36,936 nt of DNA, taken from assembly GCA_964523855.1 (NCBI GenBank), contig CAZGAF010000005.1, positions 3,357-40,292 on the forward strand. The letters run 5' to 3'. This document shows, piece after piece, positions 8,778-19,330 of the stretch. This DNA comes from an uncultured Candidatus Saccharibacteria bacterium. GTDB taxonomy: Bacteria; Patescibacteriota; Doudnabacteria; UBA920. The position numbers and the translations under genes were made by a program. The notes beneath the pieces were generated by a model. That model did no database searches. It saw only the letters and a list, made by a program, of their open reading frames with translations, and had not been told where the DNA came from. Within the stretch, counting starts at the first letter, position 1. Every line of letters begins with the position of its first letter.

Positions 8778-10235
8778 TTATTTATTTTTCATTAGAGGAA
8801 AAACAACGGTTTCTCGTATTGACTTGTCCATTAAGACGGAAAAAAGCCTTTCGGAAACCCCAAAACCAGCCGCCGGAGGCATGCCGTACTCCATAGCTTC
8901 AACGTAAGACTCGTCTAACATTTGCGCTTCGTCGTCACCACTAGCCCTAAGCTTCATTTGTTCGTCGAACCTAAGTCTTTGGTCGACGGGGTCATTTAGC
9001 TCGCCAAAACCTTTGCCTAATTCAGTACCGTAAGCTAAAATTTGCATTCTTTGAACAAGTTTTGGGTTTTTAGGGTCACGTTTTGCTAAAGGTTCTAATT
9101 CAATAGGTTGGTCTACTAAAAATATTGGTTTTCCGGTGGGGATATTCTGCCTAACTTTTTTAAATATTAAGTCTATTAAACGTCCTTTCCCAGCAGACTC
9201 TTCGTATTTTATACCATGTTCTTTGGCATAGTTTTTTAGGGTTTCTTCATCGGCATTTTCTAAGTCTATGCCGGTATGCTGTTTAAAAAGACCCACGTAG
9301 CTAACTGTTTGCCATTCTCCACTCCAATCACACAAAGTACCGTTGCTGGTAATTTGAAGTGTGCCAAAAGTTTCTTGGATAATAAACTGGTACATGTTTT
9401 GAACCATTTTCATCATTTGCTCAAAACTTGCGTACGCCCAATAAAACTCCATTTGGGTGTAATCTTGTAAGTGTTCCGTGTCTATGCCTTCGTTTCTAAA
9501 AATCCTACCAATTTCAAAAACTTTTTCGTAACCGCCTACCAACATTTTTTTAAGGGGGAGTTCTAAGCTAATGCGTAAATAAAATTCTCGGTCCAAAGCG
9601 TTGTGGTGAGTAATAAACGGCCTAGCTTCAGCTCCGCCTGGAATTGGTTCCAGAATTGGCATATCTATATGCAAAAAACCTTTTTCTTCCAGATACTTTC
9701 TCATACTTCCCCAGAATTTGGATTTTTTGACAAAAATTTCTTTAGCTTCCTTATTGAGCAGTGTGTCCAAATAACGTTTCCTTAAGCGAATTTCTTCGTC
9801 CTGAATGCCAAAATGCTCTGTTGGTAAAGGCAGTAAGGACTTAGCGATTAGCTTGTAGCTAGTAGCTTGTAAGGTTTTTTCGTTAGTTTTGGTAACGAAC
9901 AACTTTCCAGTTGCCTGCAAAAAATCTCCTGTGTCTAAATTTTTTAATGCAAACTTAAAATTATCAACACCGATTTCGTCTTGTTTTAATAAAATCTGAA
10001 TTTTGGCTGTACCGTCTTCAATGTGAACAAAAATTAGTTTGCCCATATCCCGAAAAGATCGAATACGGCCAACTAAGGTGACTTCTGTATTTTCAAATTT
10101 CTCAAAACCATTTATAACCTCTTCATTGGTATGAGTTCGTTCGGTTTTAGAGGGGTATGCTTCTGTACCCGTAGCCAGAATATTTTGTAATTTATTCTTT
10201 CTGGCTTGAATAATATCTTCTAGTCTTTCAGACAT
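8778..10235 (-). CDS. lysS: Lysyl-tRNA synthetase, class II
   Basis: 485 aa with an N-terminal OB anticodon-binding domain (VTLVGRIRSFRDMGKLIFVHIEDGT). Class II core motifs are 'EIGRIFRNEGID', 'YGMPPAAGFGVSERL'. Confidence 0.95.
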   Translation of the reverse strand: MSERLEDIIQARKNKLQNILATGTEAYPSKTERTHTNEEVINGFEKFENTEVTLVGRIRSFRDMGKLIFVHIEDGTAKIQILLKQDEIGVDNFKFALKNLDTGDFLQATGKLFVTKTNEKTLQATSYKLIAKSLLPLPTEHFGIQDEEIRLRKRYLDTLLNKEAKEIFVKKSKFWGSMRKYLEEKGFLHIDMPILEPIPGGAEARPFITHHNALDREFYLRISLELPLKKMLVGGYEKVFEIGRIFRNEGIDTEHLQDYTQMEFYWAYASFEQMMKMVQNMYQFIIQETFGTLQITSNGTLCDWSGEWQTVSYVGLFKQHTGIDLENADEETLKNYAKEHGIKYEESAGKGRLIDLIFKKVRQNIPTGKPIFLVDQPIELEPLAKRDPKNPKLVQRMQILAYGTELGKGFGELNDPVDQRLRFDEQMKLRASGDDEAQMLDESYVEAMEYGMPPAAGFGVSERLFSVLMDKSIRETVVFPLMKNK

Positions 10236-10309
10236 GTGAATTGTGGCTTTTACTAAAAATTAATGTATTTATTATACCAAAAAGAGCCTAAAAAAGCCAA
10301 CTGTAAACA

Positions 10310-10346
10310 AAAAATACGACCTTGTTCTTTACAGGGTCGTATTTTT
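10310..10346 (-). terminator. Intrinsic terminator downstream of greA
   Basis: On the minus strand AAAAATACGACCCTG-taaagaa-CAAGGTCGTATTTTTTG forms an imperfect stem followed by a T-run. It lies 9 nt past the greA stop. Confidence 0.6.
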
Positions 10347-10354
10347 ATAAAACC

Positions 10355-10816
10355 TTATTCGATACTGACTATTTCGTAATCCATTTCGCCAGCGGGGGTA
10401 GAAACCTTAAGCTTATCTTTTACTTTTCTTCCAAGCAGCGCTTTTCCAACCAAAGACTCGTTTGAGATTTTGTTTTCTTTCGGGTTAGCTTCGTTACTTC
10501 CTACAATAGTATACTTTCTTTCCTGGCCGTTGGCATTAACAATGACTGTTGACCCAATACTAACGCTATTACTGTGCCCGTTGGTATTTATAATCTCAGC
10601 ATTTTTTATCATATCTTCTATTTCGGCAATACGGCCTTCTATAAAAGATTGCTCTTCTCTTGCTTGTGCATAATCAGCATTTTCGCTTAAGTCACCATGA
10701 GCTGCTGCTTCGCGGATGCGTTCGATAACTTCTTTTCTTTTTACTTCAATTAAGTTTTTAAGTTCTTCGTTAAGCTTATGAAGACCTTCCGGAGTCAGTA
10801 AATATTTTTTTGACAT
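10355..10816 (-). CDS. greA: Transcription elongation factor GreA
   Basis: 153 aa. 'LTPEGLHKLNEELKNL...RIREAAAHGDLSENADYAQAREEQSFIEGRIAEIE' is the GreA coiled-coil with the DLSENA acidic tip. Confidence 0.9.
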   Translation of the reverse strand: MSKKYLLTPEGLHKLNEELKNLIEVKRKEVIERIREAAAHGDLSENADYAQAREEQSFIEGRIAEIEDMIKNAEIINTNGHSNSVSIGSTVIVNANGQERKYTIVGSNEANPKENKISNESLVGKALLGRKVKDKLKVSTPAGEMDYEIVSIE

Positions 10817-11078
10817 AGGGTAGATATTACTTTACACATTAACGCAGTGCTCGATTCATCAAGTCTGACAAGTCAGGCAGCTACATTAAGGTTCTGTTTT
10901 ACTAAAATATTCCCGCTATTATACGGGAATGAAAAGTTTAATTAGTGGGTTAATTTTAATTGATTTCTGCTTTGGTGTCAATGATATTAGCTAACAGTAA
11001 GTAGTTAGTAGGTTTGTAGCCAGAATGCTGTTTAAATGTGCCCGGTTACTTTCTACTAGCTACTCACCGCCTCCTATT

Positions 11079-13181
<2,103 letters not shown>

Positions 13182-13199
13182 TTAAAAATTTACCTATAT

Positions 13200-13229
13200 A
13201 TTATAGCAAATTTTTGCTACTTTAACCAA
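13200..13229 (-). promoter_or_regulatory. Candidate sigma70-type promoter for gyrB
   Basis: On the minus strand: TTGGTT (13229-13224), an 18-nt spacer ending in TGC, then a perfect TATAAT (13205-13200). It lies about 35 nt upstream of the gyrB ATG. Confidence 0.35.
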
Positions 13230-13294
13230 TCTAAAATCGTTATTTTTTGGTTTATATATGGGGTAAAATAAACCACATTTGTTAGCTTATTATA

Positions 13295-13311
13295 GCAGGC
13301 CAGGGGCCTGC
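13295..13311. repeat. REP-like palindrome copy 1 (GCAGGCC-agg-GGCCTGC)
   Basis: 7-bp GC stem with a 3-nt loop, 2 nt downstream of the RAYT stop. The flank 'GCCTGCACTACAT' recurs at copy 3 as 'GCCTGCAATACAT'. Confidence 0.75.
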
Positions 13312-13312
13312 A

Positions 13313-13786
13313 CTACATGTACAGATTTTTGGTGTTATTTTTTTCCAGCTCCCAATTCAAAGGATTATTTCTGATATATTCTCGAATTTTTTCTAAATCT
13401 TCTTCTTTTCTAATAACATGATCATAAAAGGAAGGTTGCCATGCAAATTCTGGGTTAAGCCGTTGGCGGATATTTTTTGTGACAACATTTTTGTACGTTC
13501 CTACAATTTTAGATAAATTGTAGTGCAGGCCCGTGGCCTGCTTGTTAATAATCACAATTGCATGAATATGATTAGGCATTATTATATATCCATCCAACTC
13601 TATATCCTTATAAATTTTTGGGGTGCGCTGCCAAATTGCTTCGGCAATTTTTCCGCATTCATTAAGAATAATTCCCCCTTCTTTTATCTTGCCAAAATAC
13701 TCTTGTCTTTGGTCAGTGCATGCAGTTATAAAGTAATATCCCGGAGTTGAATAATTATATTTTTGTAACCGGTTTACTTTTCTCAT
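13313..13786 (-). CDS. IS200-like / RAYT HUH (Y1) tyrosine transposase
   Basis: 157 aa. The HUH motif is 'MPNHIHAIVII' and the catalytic-Tyr region is 'WQPSFYDHVIRKEEDLEKIREYIRNNPLNW'. The N-terminal 'YNYSTPGYYFITACT' is typical of the family. Confidence 0.85.
   Translation of the reverse strand: MRKVNRLQKYNYSTPGYYFITACTDQRQEYFGKIKEGGIILNECGKIAEAIWQRTPKIYKDIELDGYIIMPNHIHAIVIINKQATGLHYNLSKIVGTYKNVVTKNIRQRLNPEFAWQPSFYDHVIRKEEDLEKIREYIRNNPLNWELEKNNTKNLYM
13525..13541. repeat. REP-like palindrome copy 2, inside the RAYT coding sequence (GCAGGCC-cgt-GGCCTGC)
   Basis: It encodes '...KQATGLHY...'. With flanks (tgtagtGCAGGCCcgtGGCCTGCt) it matches the reverse complement of copy 1 (tgtagtGCAGGCCcctGGCCTGCt) at all but one loop base. 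Confidence 0.75.
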
Positions 13787-13802
13787 TTAGAATATTTTTG
13801 TG

Positions 13803-13818
13803 GCAGGCCCGGGCCTGC
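13803..13818. repeat. REP-like palindrome copy 3 (GCAGGCCCGGGCCTGC)
   Basis: Perfect 16-nt palindrome 17 nt upstream of the RAYT ATG and 17 nt downstream of the pheS stop. Confidence 0.75.
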
Positions 13819-13834
13819 AATACATTAATCAATA

Positions 13835-14977
13835 CTAGCGCAACTCCGCATTATAAATACGTTTGGTCTCTTCATATAACTTGTTATGAAGGGGTTCAAC
13901 TTCTTCTGTTGTAAGTGTTCTTTCAGGACTCCTGTAGACAATGTGGTATGTATAACTCAAACGGTCTTTGCCAAACTTGGCTTCGTTTTCATATTTGTCC
14001 ATTAAAGAAACTTCTTCTACCAAGTCGCCGCCAATTTCTCTAATTAAATCAAAATAGTTATTCGGTACAAAGCTTTTGTTTACTATAAACGAAATATCTC
14101 GAGGTACTGGGGGAAACTTGCTAACTTCCTGAAATTTGTTCCCAAGTTTTAGCTGTTTTTTAACTCTAGGATCTTCGCTCCAAAGAAGTCTAATGTCTGG
14201 AAGTTCCATGCTGGAAATGGCAAGTCGTTCCAGGCCAAATCCAAATGCCCAGCCGGTGTAGTTATTGCTGTCTACACCAAGTTTTTCCAACACACTCCCT
14301 TTTACAACACCGCAACCGGTAACTTCTACCCACTTACCATTTAAGTCCACTTCCATTTCAAGAGAAGGATTTGTGTATGGGAAAGTGTCCGGATTTAGGC
14401 GATATTTAACATTTGGTCCAAATACAGCTTTGGCAATGTTGCCTAAAGCCTCTTCCAGGTCTTTTTGATCTATGGTTTTAACAGATTTTGGTGCTAAGTA
14501 CCAACCGTCTATTTGATGAAAGACGTTCATGTGTTTGCTGTCAATTTCGTCTTTTCTGTAAACTTTACCAAAACTAAAAGCACCAACAGGCTTGTTTTCC
14601 GAAATAGCTTTTTTTACACCTTCGTCTTTAAGAAAGTAATACCACATAACCGTCGTATGTGTACGTAAAATGTTTTTATCATCAATGTAGTAAGTGTCGC
14701 TCTTGCTCCTGGCTGGGTGGTCGGCAGGGAAATCAAACAAGTCAAAGCTTATATCAGCCGGAACTATTTCCGGCGTTTGTATGGTATCTAAATCTTTAAA
14801 ATATTCGCTATTTAAAATTCTGTCTACAGCTTCTTTTATTGGACTACCTTCTGTTCTAGACAAGTCGGGCATACTTAAATAGCGCCTAATGCGCATTGCT
14901 TCAAAATCTGCTCTGTTGTTAAGTTGTTTTTTAAGCTCTTGTTCCTCAGCTAGATCTACAAATATTTTACGCGGCAT
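13835..14977 (-). CDS. pheS: Phenylalanyl-tRNA synthetase, single-chain mitochondrial-type architecture (PheS catalytic core fused to a C-terminal FDX-ACB domain)
   Basis: 380 aa. Class IIc motifs are 'FPADHPARSKSDTYYI', 'FPYTNPSLEMEVDLNGKWVEVTGCGVV' and 'GWAFGFGLERLA'. Then 'PDIRLLWSEDPRVKKQL' leads into 'SKFPPVPRDISFIV...FDLIREIGGDLVEEVSLMDKY...YTYHIVYRSPERTLTTEEV', a ferredoxin-fold anticodon-binding domain that normally forms the C-terminus of PheT. Confidence 0.85.
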   Translation of the reverse strand: MPRKIFVDLAEEQELKKQLNNRADFEAMRIRRYLSMPDLSRTEGSPIKEAVDRILNSEYFKDLDTIQTPEIVPADISFDLFDFPADHPARSKSDTYYIDDKNILRTHTTVMWYYFLKDEGVKKAISENKPVGAFSFGKVYRKDEIDSKHMNVFHQIDGWYLAPKSVKTIDQKDLEEALGNIAKAVFGPNVKYRLNPDTFPYTNPSLEMEVDLNGKWVEVTGCGVVKGSVLEKLGVDSNNYTGWAFGFGLERLAISSMELPDIRLLWSEDPRVKKQLKLGNKFQEVSKFPPVPRDISFIVNKSFVPNNYFDLIREIGGDLVEEVSLMDKYENEAKFGKDRLSYTYHIVYRSPERTLTTEEVEPLHNKLYEETKRIYNAELR

Positions 14978-15153
14978 AAATAAATAAAATTATTCTCACC
15001 CAGCGGGTGATCTGTTTTAGGTAGGATAATTAACCAAATTATACTAATTATTCTAAAAAATCTTAAATCCAACGTTAAAATCTACTGGTTGATTAGTTTT
15101 AGTTATTGGGTATTATTTAGACAACTTAGAGCGCTTAGTATAATTAGAATAAT

Positions 15154-15585
15154 TTATTTTAGCATCTCTTGGCTGAACTGACTACCCGCTTTAGTGCTCG
15201 ATTTCAAAATCATTATCTCCGGCTTTTCTTCTATAGGACCAAGTCCAAGTTCAAACTTGGCACATATCATACCTTGGCTTTCTACGCCACGGAGCTTTGC
15301 TGTGCCTAAAGTAAAGCCTTCGTGAGTTTCCGAGTGAATATTTTTGGGAATATAAGCTCCAGGCAAAGCTAAAGCCACTATGTCTCCGGCTTCAAAATTC
15401 CAAGCTCCGCAAACCACCGGGTCAATCACCCGGTCGCCAATATCTAACTTAACAACTCGTAATCTGTCTGCATTCGGATGCTTTTTAACTTCTAAAACTT
15501 TCGCCGCGAATATGTTTTTAAAAGTTGGTTGCGGATTACTTGAAAAAAGTTTTTTTAAAAAATTAAACATATAAATATTTATCAA
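15154..15585 (-). CDS. Stand-alone OB-fold tRNA-binding domain protein (PheT-B2 / Trbp111 / CsaA-like)
   Basis: 143 aa. 'KKHPNADRLRVVKLDIGDRVIDPVVCGAWNFEAGDIVALALPGAYIP...GTAKLRGVESQGMICAKFELGL' matches the tRNA_bind domain at the N-terminus of bacterial PheT. The start could instead be the internal Met 6. Confidence 0.8.
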   Translation of the reverse strand: MINIYMFNFLKKLFSSNPQPTFKNIFAAKVLEVKKHPNADRLRVVKLDIGDRVIDPVVCGAWNFEAGDIVALALPGAYIPKNIHSETHEGFTLGTAKLRGVESQGMICAKFELGLGPIEEKPEIMILKSSTKAGSQFSQEMLK

Positions 15586-15643
15586 ATCTTAATAAAATTA
15601 TCATTTCCACATCTGCGGCATCTAAAATCTGCGCATCTGCGAA

Positions 15644-17089
15644 CTAATATTCCCTGCATTCTTCCTGGTTACACATATAGCCAGTTTTTCCCGTTGGCGG
15701 AGCATCGTACATCGCTTTTAAAGTAAAAGTGTCGAAAGTTTCTGATACTTGGTAGTCATAGTCGCCTTGAGTCTTTGGGTCTTTAGGCAAACTGGAAATA
15801 TATTTTGGGACCAGCGAAGTTACGTATTTTTCCTTAGTCGGGAAAACGTAAATTTCATTACCTGCGACGTTATCTTCCGAGTAAACTAAGAGCGTAGAGC
15901 GTATCATTTCTAGGTCGTTTCTTCTTTGGTCATCTAGACTTGCGCTTTCTTGTTTTAACTTATCTTCTTTTGCATCTTTGGCGGTTTTTTTAATCAGTTG
16001 GTTAAGAGTCTCGCTGTAATAGCTTAAAGTAAAATCGTTTCTGTCTTCGTTTGCGGTATAAGAATATACGTATTTATCGGCATTTAATGGGTCGTTTGGG
16101 TTGGTGGCAGTTTTTAAATACACCTTGACCGTCGTGTACATTTGGTTAAACCCACCGGAAGACGGGTACTTTCCGGCATTATCTTGGCTATATTTGACTA
16201 AAGCAATACCAATATTTTTTATGGTTAGAGACCTTTGGGTATCTCTGTCCTGCTTTGCCGCAGGAGATAAGTCTGTGTCTTTCGGCAGATTACTTGCCGT
16301 GGTCGAAGACGCAACTGAGCTTTGAGTTGCTGGTGTAGAAGTAGAAAACGGAGACTCTTCATTAAATTTATAAATATTTAAAAGCGCTTCTTCTAAAGAA
16401 GTTATGGTTGGCTGATGCAGACTGTACTGCTTCATTCTGGCATGCAGATCTTTTAACTCATTGTCGGAATACTTAGAGTCGGTTTTTGGGTCGTAACCAT
16501 TTTTAGTGTAGTCTGAGTCAGAATAATCTTTATTTACGCCTGAGTGTTCGTTTAAAGGGTCGGTTAAAAATACGTACTTTTCATCCCCATCGGCAATACC
16601 GTCTTTGTCTGAGTCGGCGTTATTGGGGTCTGTTTTTATAGAAAACTCTTCCAAATTTTTTAGACCATCTCTGTCCGGATCCGCTTCGTCACCACACAAA
16701 ACCGCGTCGCAATCTGTTTTTCCAAAAAAATCCTGCAACCATTTTGACTTTTCTGCGGACAAAGAACCCCCAGGAATATTCTGATTTGCTAAATAGTTTT
16801 CGTTTTTATAATCACCGACTAAAAACGAAGGTAAGTAAAAATAAGCAGCAGCGCCTAAAACCGCAATCAAAACGACAACAAAAACATACTTTTTATTTTT
16901 TGAAAAAAACCCGGGAGCTTTTGGTAAATCTTGGGTCAGTGTTTTTTCTTCTTGGGGCGTGCTTTTTATAACTGGTTTAACTAAATTTTGACTTCTTATT
17001 TTTGGCATTACGTTAAAAAAAGTCAGGTTTTCCTGGGTTTCGTTTTTTTGCTCCGGAGAGGCTTTTGTATCTTTATTTGTTTCTGGCAT
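15644..17089 (-). CDS. Membrane-anchored extracytoplasmic protein with thrombospondin-type-3-like Ca-binding repeats and two pilin-like (GspG-like) globular repeats
   Basis: 481 aa with one TM helix (YVFVVVLIAVLGAAAYFYL). DxDxDG-type repeats are 'DPDRDGLKNLEEF' and 'DSDKDGIADGDE'. Two repeats, 'RDTQRSLTIKNIGIALVKYSQDNAGKYPSS' and 'DDQRRNDLEMIRSTLLVYSEDN', resemble the start of pilin globular domains. Confidence 0.5.
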   Translation of the reverse strand: MPETNKDTKASPEQKNETQENLTFFNVMPKIRSQNLVKPVIKSTPQEEKTLTQDLPKAPGFFSKNKKYVFVVVLIAVLGAAAYFYLPSFLVGDYKNENYLANQNIPGGSLSAEKSKWLQDFFGKTDCDAVLCGDEADPDRDGLKNLEEFSIKTDPNNADSDKDGIADGDEKYVFLTDPLNEHSGVNKDYSDSDYTKNGYDPKTDSKYSDNELKDLHARMKQYSLHQPTITSLEEALLNIYKFNEESPFSTSTPATQSSVASSTTASNLPKDTDLSPAAKQDRDTQRSLTIKNIGIALVKYSQDNAGKYPSSGGFNQMYTTVKVYLKTATNPNDPLNADKYVYSYTANEDRNDFTLSYYSETLNQLIKKTAKDAKEDKLKQESASLDDQRRNDLEMIRSTLLVYSEDNVAGNEIYVFPTKEKYVTSLVPKYISSLPKDPKTQGDYDYQVSETFDTFTLKAMYDAPPTGKTGYMCNQEECREY

Positions 17090-17467
17090 TTATATTTTTA
17101 AGTTTAAAAAAACTTCAAGCGTTAAAAAAGGCAATAGTAACGAAAACCCGACCCACCAAAACAGTAAACCAAAAGAAGAAAGTAAGAGGCAAACTATTAA
17201 ATATAGGCTAATAAACAAAGCTTGTCTTAAACTGTTTGAAAAGCTATCAGAAAACCTAGAAGAAAAAAACAAGTTTCTTATAAGCAATCCTATACCGGTT
17301 AAAATCCCGACTGAAGTTAAAAAAATACTTAAGTACAGAAAAAGCATTATATACCAACTGGCATTTTCCGGGGACTTATAAACCAAAATGCTTACCAAAG
17401 AAAAACCAGATAAACCGGTGGCAAATAAAATCGTAAATAAATATTTTCTAGGATCCGAGTTCGTCAT
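17090..17467 (-). CDS. Small polytopic membrane protein (unknown)
   Basis: 125 aa with about 4 TM helices. It abuts the downstream gene with a 0-nt gap. Confidence 0.5.
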   Translation of the reverse strand: MTNSDPRKYLFTILFATGLSGFSLVSILVYKSPENASWYIMLFLYLSIFLTSVGILTGIGLLIRNLFFSSRFSDSFSNSLRQALFISLYLIVCLLLSSFGLLFWWVGFSLLLPFLTLEVFLNLKI

Positions 17468-17500
17468 AATTATAGCATAAAACCTATATCTAAACCAAAT

Positions 17501-19330
17501 TTATTCTAAATCCAAAAATTCACACTTATGTTCTTTTGTTTTTTGGTGCAAGTCTTTAAACGAATTATACTTAACGGCTTCAACAATGTCGTGCATGGTT
17601 TTTTTTAGCTTTTCCTGTAGCTCGCTAAGTTCCTCAGTGCTTGCCAAGCTTTCCTCAACAAAAGTGTTTTCCTGCAAATACCAATACTTTAAGCTTAGCA
17701 CCTTCTCGTGCATAAATTCTTGAGCTGCCCATTGGTAAATATACAACTGGTCTAAATCCTTTTTATTTTTTGGAGTTTTTCCTGTTTTATAGTCAATAAT
17801 TTGCAAACCACCATCTAGTTGGTCAGCTCGATCAATTTTACCCACAAATTCAAAGTCACCCAAATGAAGTTTAAAAAACTTTTCAATAAACTTGGCCTTA
17901 GGTTGGCCTTTTTTCAAATCCTCGTAAAAAAAATTTAGCATTTTAGAGCCAGTACGTCTGTATTTTTCTTTTTCCTCTTTGGTTGGGTACCACTCGTCTA
18001 TCCAATATTTTTGGTAAAATTGTTCCAGAACTTTAAACTCCGGCAGCGGGTCATCGCTGGGCTTTTTACCAAAAAGATCAAGTTGCGTAAGCTCTTGGTT
18101 ATTTTGATATATCTTTAAGAATTCTTCAAAAGTCTTATGTATAGACGAGCCAAAGCTCATATGATGACTCCCCGCCCACGGAATTTTCAAATAGTGAATA
18201 TATTTATATTTAAGAGGACAGGTTTCAAAGTCAGTTAGTTGAGTGTAGGAAAAACGTTTAGGTAAGGTTTTATAAACTTCATTTAATTTAGTGCTTTGAA
18301 GAACCAACGGTTTTGTAAAAACAACTTTTCCGGTTGCTTGGCTCACCTTTTCACTTGGCACCAGCCCAGTTTCAACTAAAAACTGAGAAGGTTTTTTTGC
18401 TCTAGAACCTCCATAGTCCTTTGACCAAGTTAAATAAAGCCTGTTTTTAGCGCGAGTTATGGCAACATAAAACAAACGTCTTTCTTCTTGTAAGTGAAAG
18501 TCTCCTTCCGGCAAAATGTCTTTTATTAAGTCGGTTGGTATTTCTATAGATTCACTTTTTTGGCGAGTAGGAAAACGCTGGTCAACCATGTTTATTATAA
18601 AAACATTTTTAAACTCCAAACCCTTGGAAGCATGGACTGTCATGACTTTGACGCTTTCAGGTCCGCTGTTCGGATCGAACTTTATATTTCCATCGCTACC
18701 TGCCTTAAACTCTAATTCCAAGTCCACTAAAAATTCATGCAAACTTTTATGTTCGTTCTGCTTTTCGAATTCCTCGACGCGCTTATAAAACTGCTCTAAA
18801 TACTCTCGGCTTTGTGCGGCAACTTGAGTTTCCTGGCTTAGCTCCTTCTCGAAAGATAGGTCATGCACAATACTTACTAAAATTTCGGTGGCAGAAAGTT
18901 TTTTGGCCAAAACAGAATGCTTTTGTATATTTTCCCATAAAAAATTTAAAGACTTTTTGGCAGTTTCTGAAAGCTCCGGAAAAGTTAAACTCGGAAATAT
19001 GGTTTCGTATAAGCTTAAAGTCTTTTTGTGAGCATAACCCGTCAGTAACGACATCTCAAAATGACTTAAGTTAAATTTTGGCAAACTTAAAACCCTATAT
19101 AAAGACTTTGAGTCAAGAGTATTGTCTAGAATTTTTAAATAACTCAAAATATCTAAAATTATTGGTTTCTTATATAAGCCTTTGTTTGCAAAAAACGCAT
19201 AAGGAATATGGTACGAATCAAGCACCGGCATTATTTCGTCTGCCGCTGAATTAGCCCGCATCAAAATTGCAAAGTCATTCCAATTCGCTTTTTCCCCTGC
19301 TTCTTTATATAACTCAATAGCCCCATACAT
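17501..19330 (-). CDS. UvrD/PcrA/AddA-type helicase, C-terminal part (2A/2B domains) fused to a PD-(D/E)XK RecB/Cas4-like nuclease
   Basis: 609 aa. 'NDFAILMRAN', 'VMTVHASKGLEFKNVFII' and 'RRLFYVAITRAKNRLYL' are helicase motifs IV-VI. The C-terminal 'SYTQLTDFETCPLKYKY...GKIDRAD...IIDYKTGK' is a RecB-family nuclease. The start ATG is created by the insertion described in the findings. Confidence 0.75.
   Translation of the reverse strand: MYGAIELYKEAGEKANWNDFAILMRANSAADEIMPVLDSYHIPYAFFANKGLYKKPIILDILSYLKILDNTLDSKSLYRVLSLPKFNLSHFEMSLLTGYAHKKTLSLYETIFPSLTFPELSETAKKSLNFLWENIQKHSVLAKKLSATEILVSIVHDLSFEKELSQETQVAAQSREYLEQFYKRVEEFEKQNEHKSLHEFLVDLELEFKAGSDGNIKFDPNSGPESVKVMTVHASKGLEFKNVFIINMVDQRFPTRQKSESIEIPTDLIKDILPEGDFHLQEERRLFYVAITRAKNRLYLTWSKDYGGSRAKKPSQFLVETGLVPSEKVSQATGKVVFTKPLVLQSTKLNEVYKTLPKRFSYTQLTDFETCPLKYKYIHYLKIPWAGSHHMSFGSSIHKTFEEFLKIYQNNQELTQLDLFGKKPSDDPLPEFKVLEQFYQKYWIDEWYPTKEEKEKYRRTGSKMLNFFYEDLKKGQPKAKFIEKFFKLHLGDFEFVGKIDRADQLDGGLQIIDYKTGKTPKNKKDLDQLYIYQWAAQEFMHEKVLSLKYWYLQENTFVEESLASTEELSELQEKLKKTMHDIVEAVKYNSFKDLHQKTKEHKCEFLDLE

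Larger units (their letters stand above)
13295..13818 (-). mobile_element. RAYT-type (REP-associated tyrosine transposase) unit: HUH transposase gene flanked by cognate palindromes
   Basis: An HUH/Y1 gene is bounded on both sides by the GC-rich palindrome GCAGGCC-N2-3-GGCCTGC in an AT-rich background. See the repeat entries. Confidence 0.7.

Noticed and set aside
11053-11078. Strong AGGAGG on the minus strand just after the gyrB stop, suggesting a hidden small gene
   Set aside because: The only start within range (GTG) opens a 3-codon frame (V-S-S-stop). The region instead forms part of a long inverted repeat (10997-11012 with 11053-11064) downstream of gyrB.
14996-15010. T-box or attenuator control of pheS
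   Set aside because: Only a single 6-bp hairpin lies in the 176-nt leader. There is no specifier-loop/T-box consensus or leader peptide with Phe codons.
19261-19330. Genuine 70-nt overlap of two independent helicase genes, or programmed frameshifting
   Set aside because: The overlap is fully explained by the 41-nt insertion and duplication. No slippery heptamer or downstream pseudoknot is evident. I treat it as a split, disrupted gene or an assembly artefact pending read evidence.
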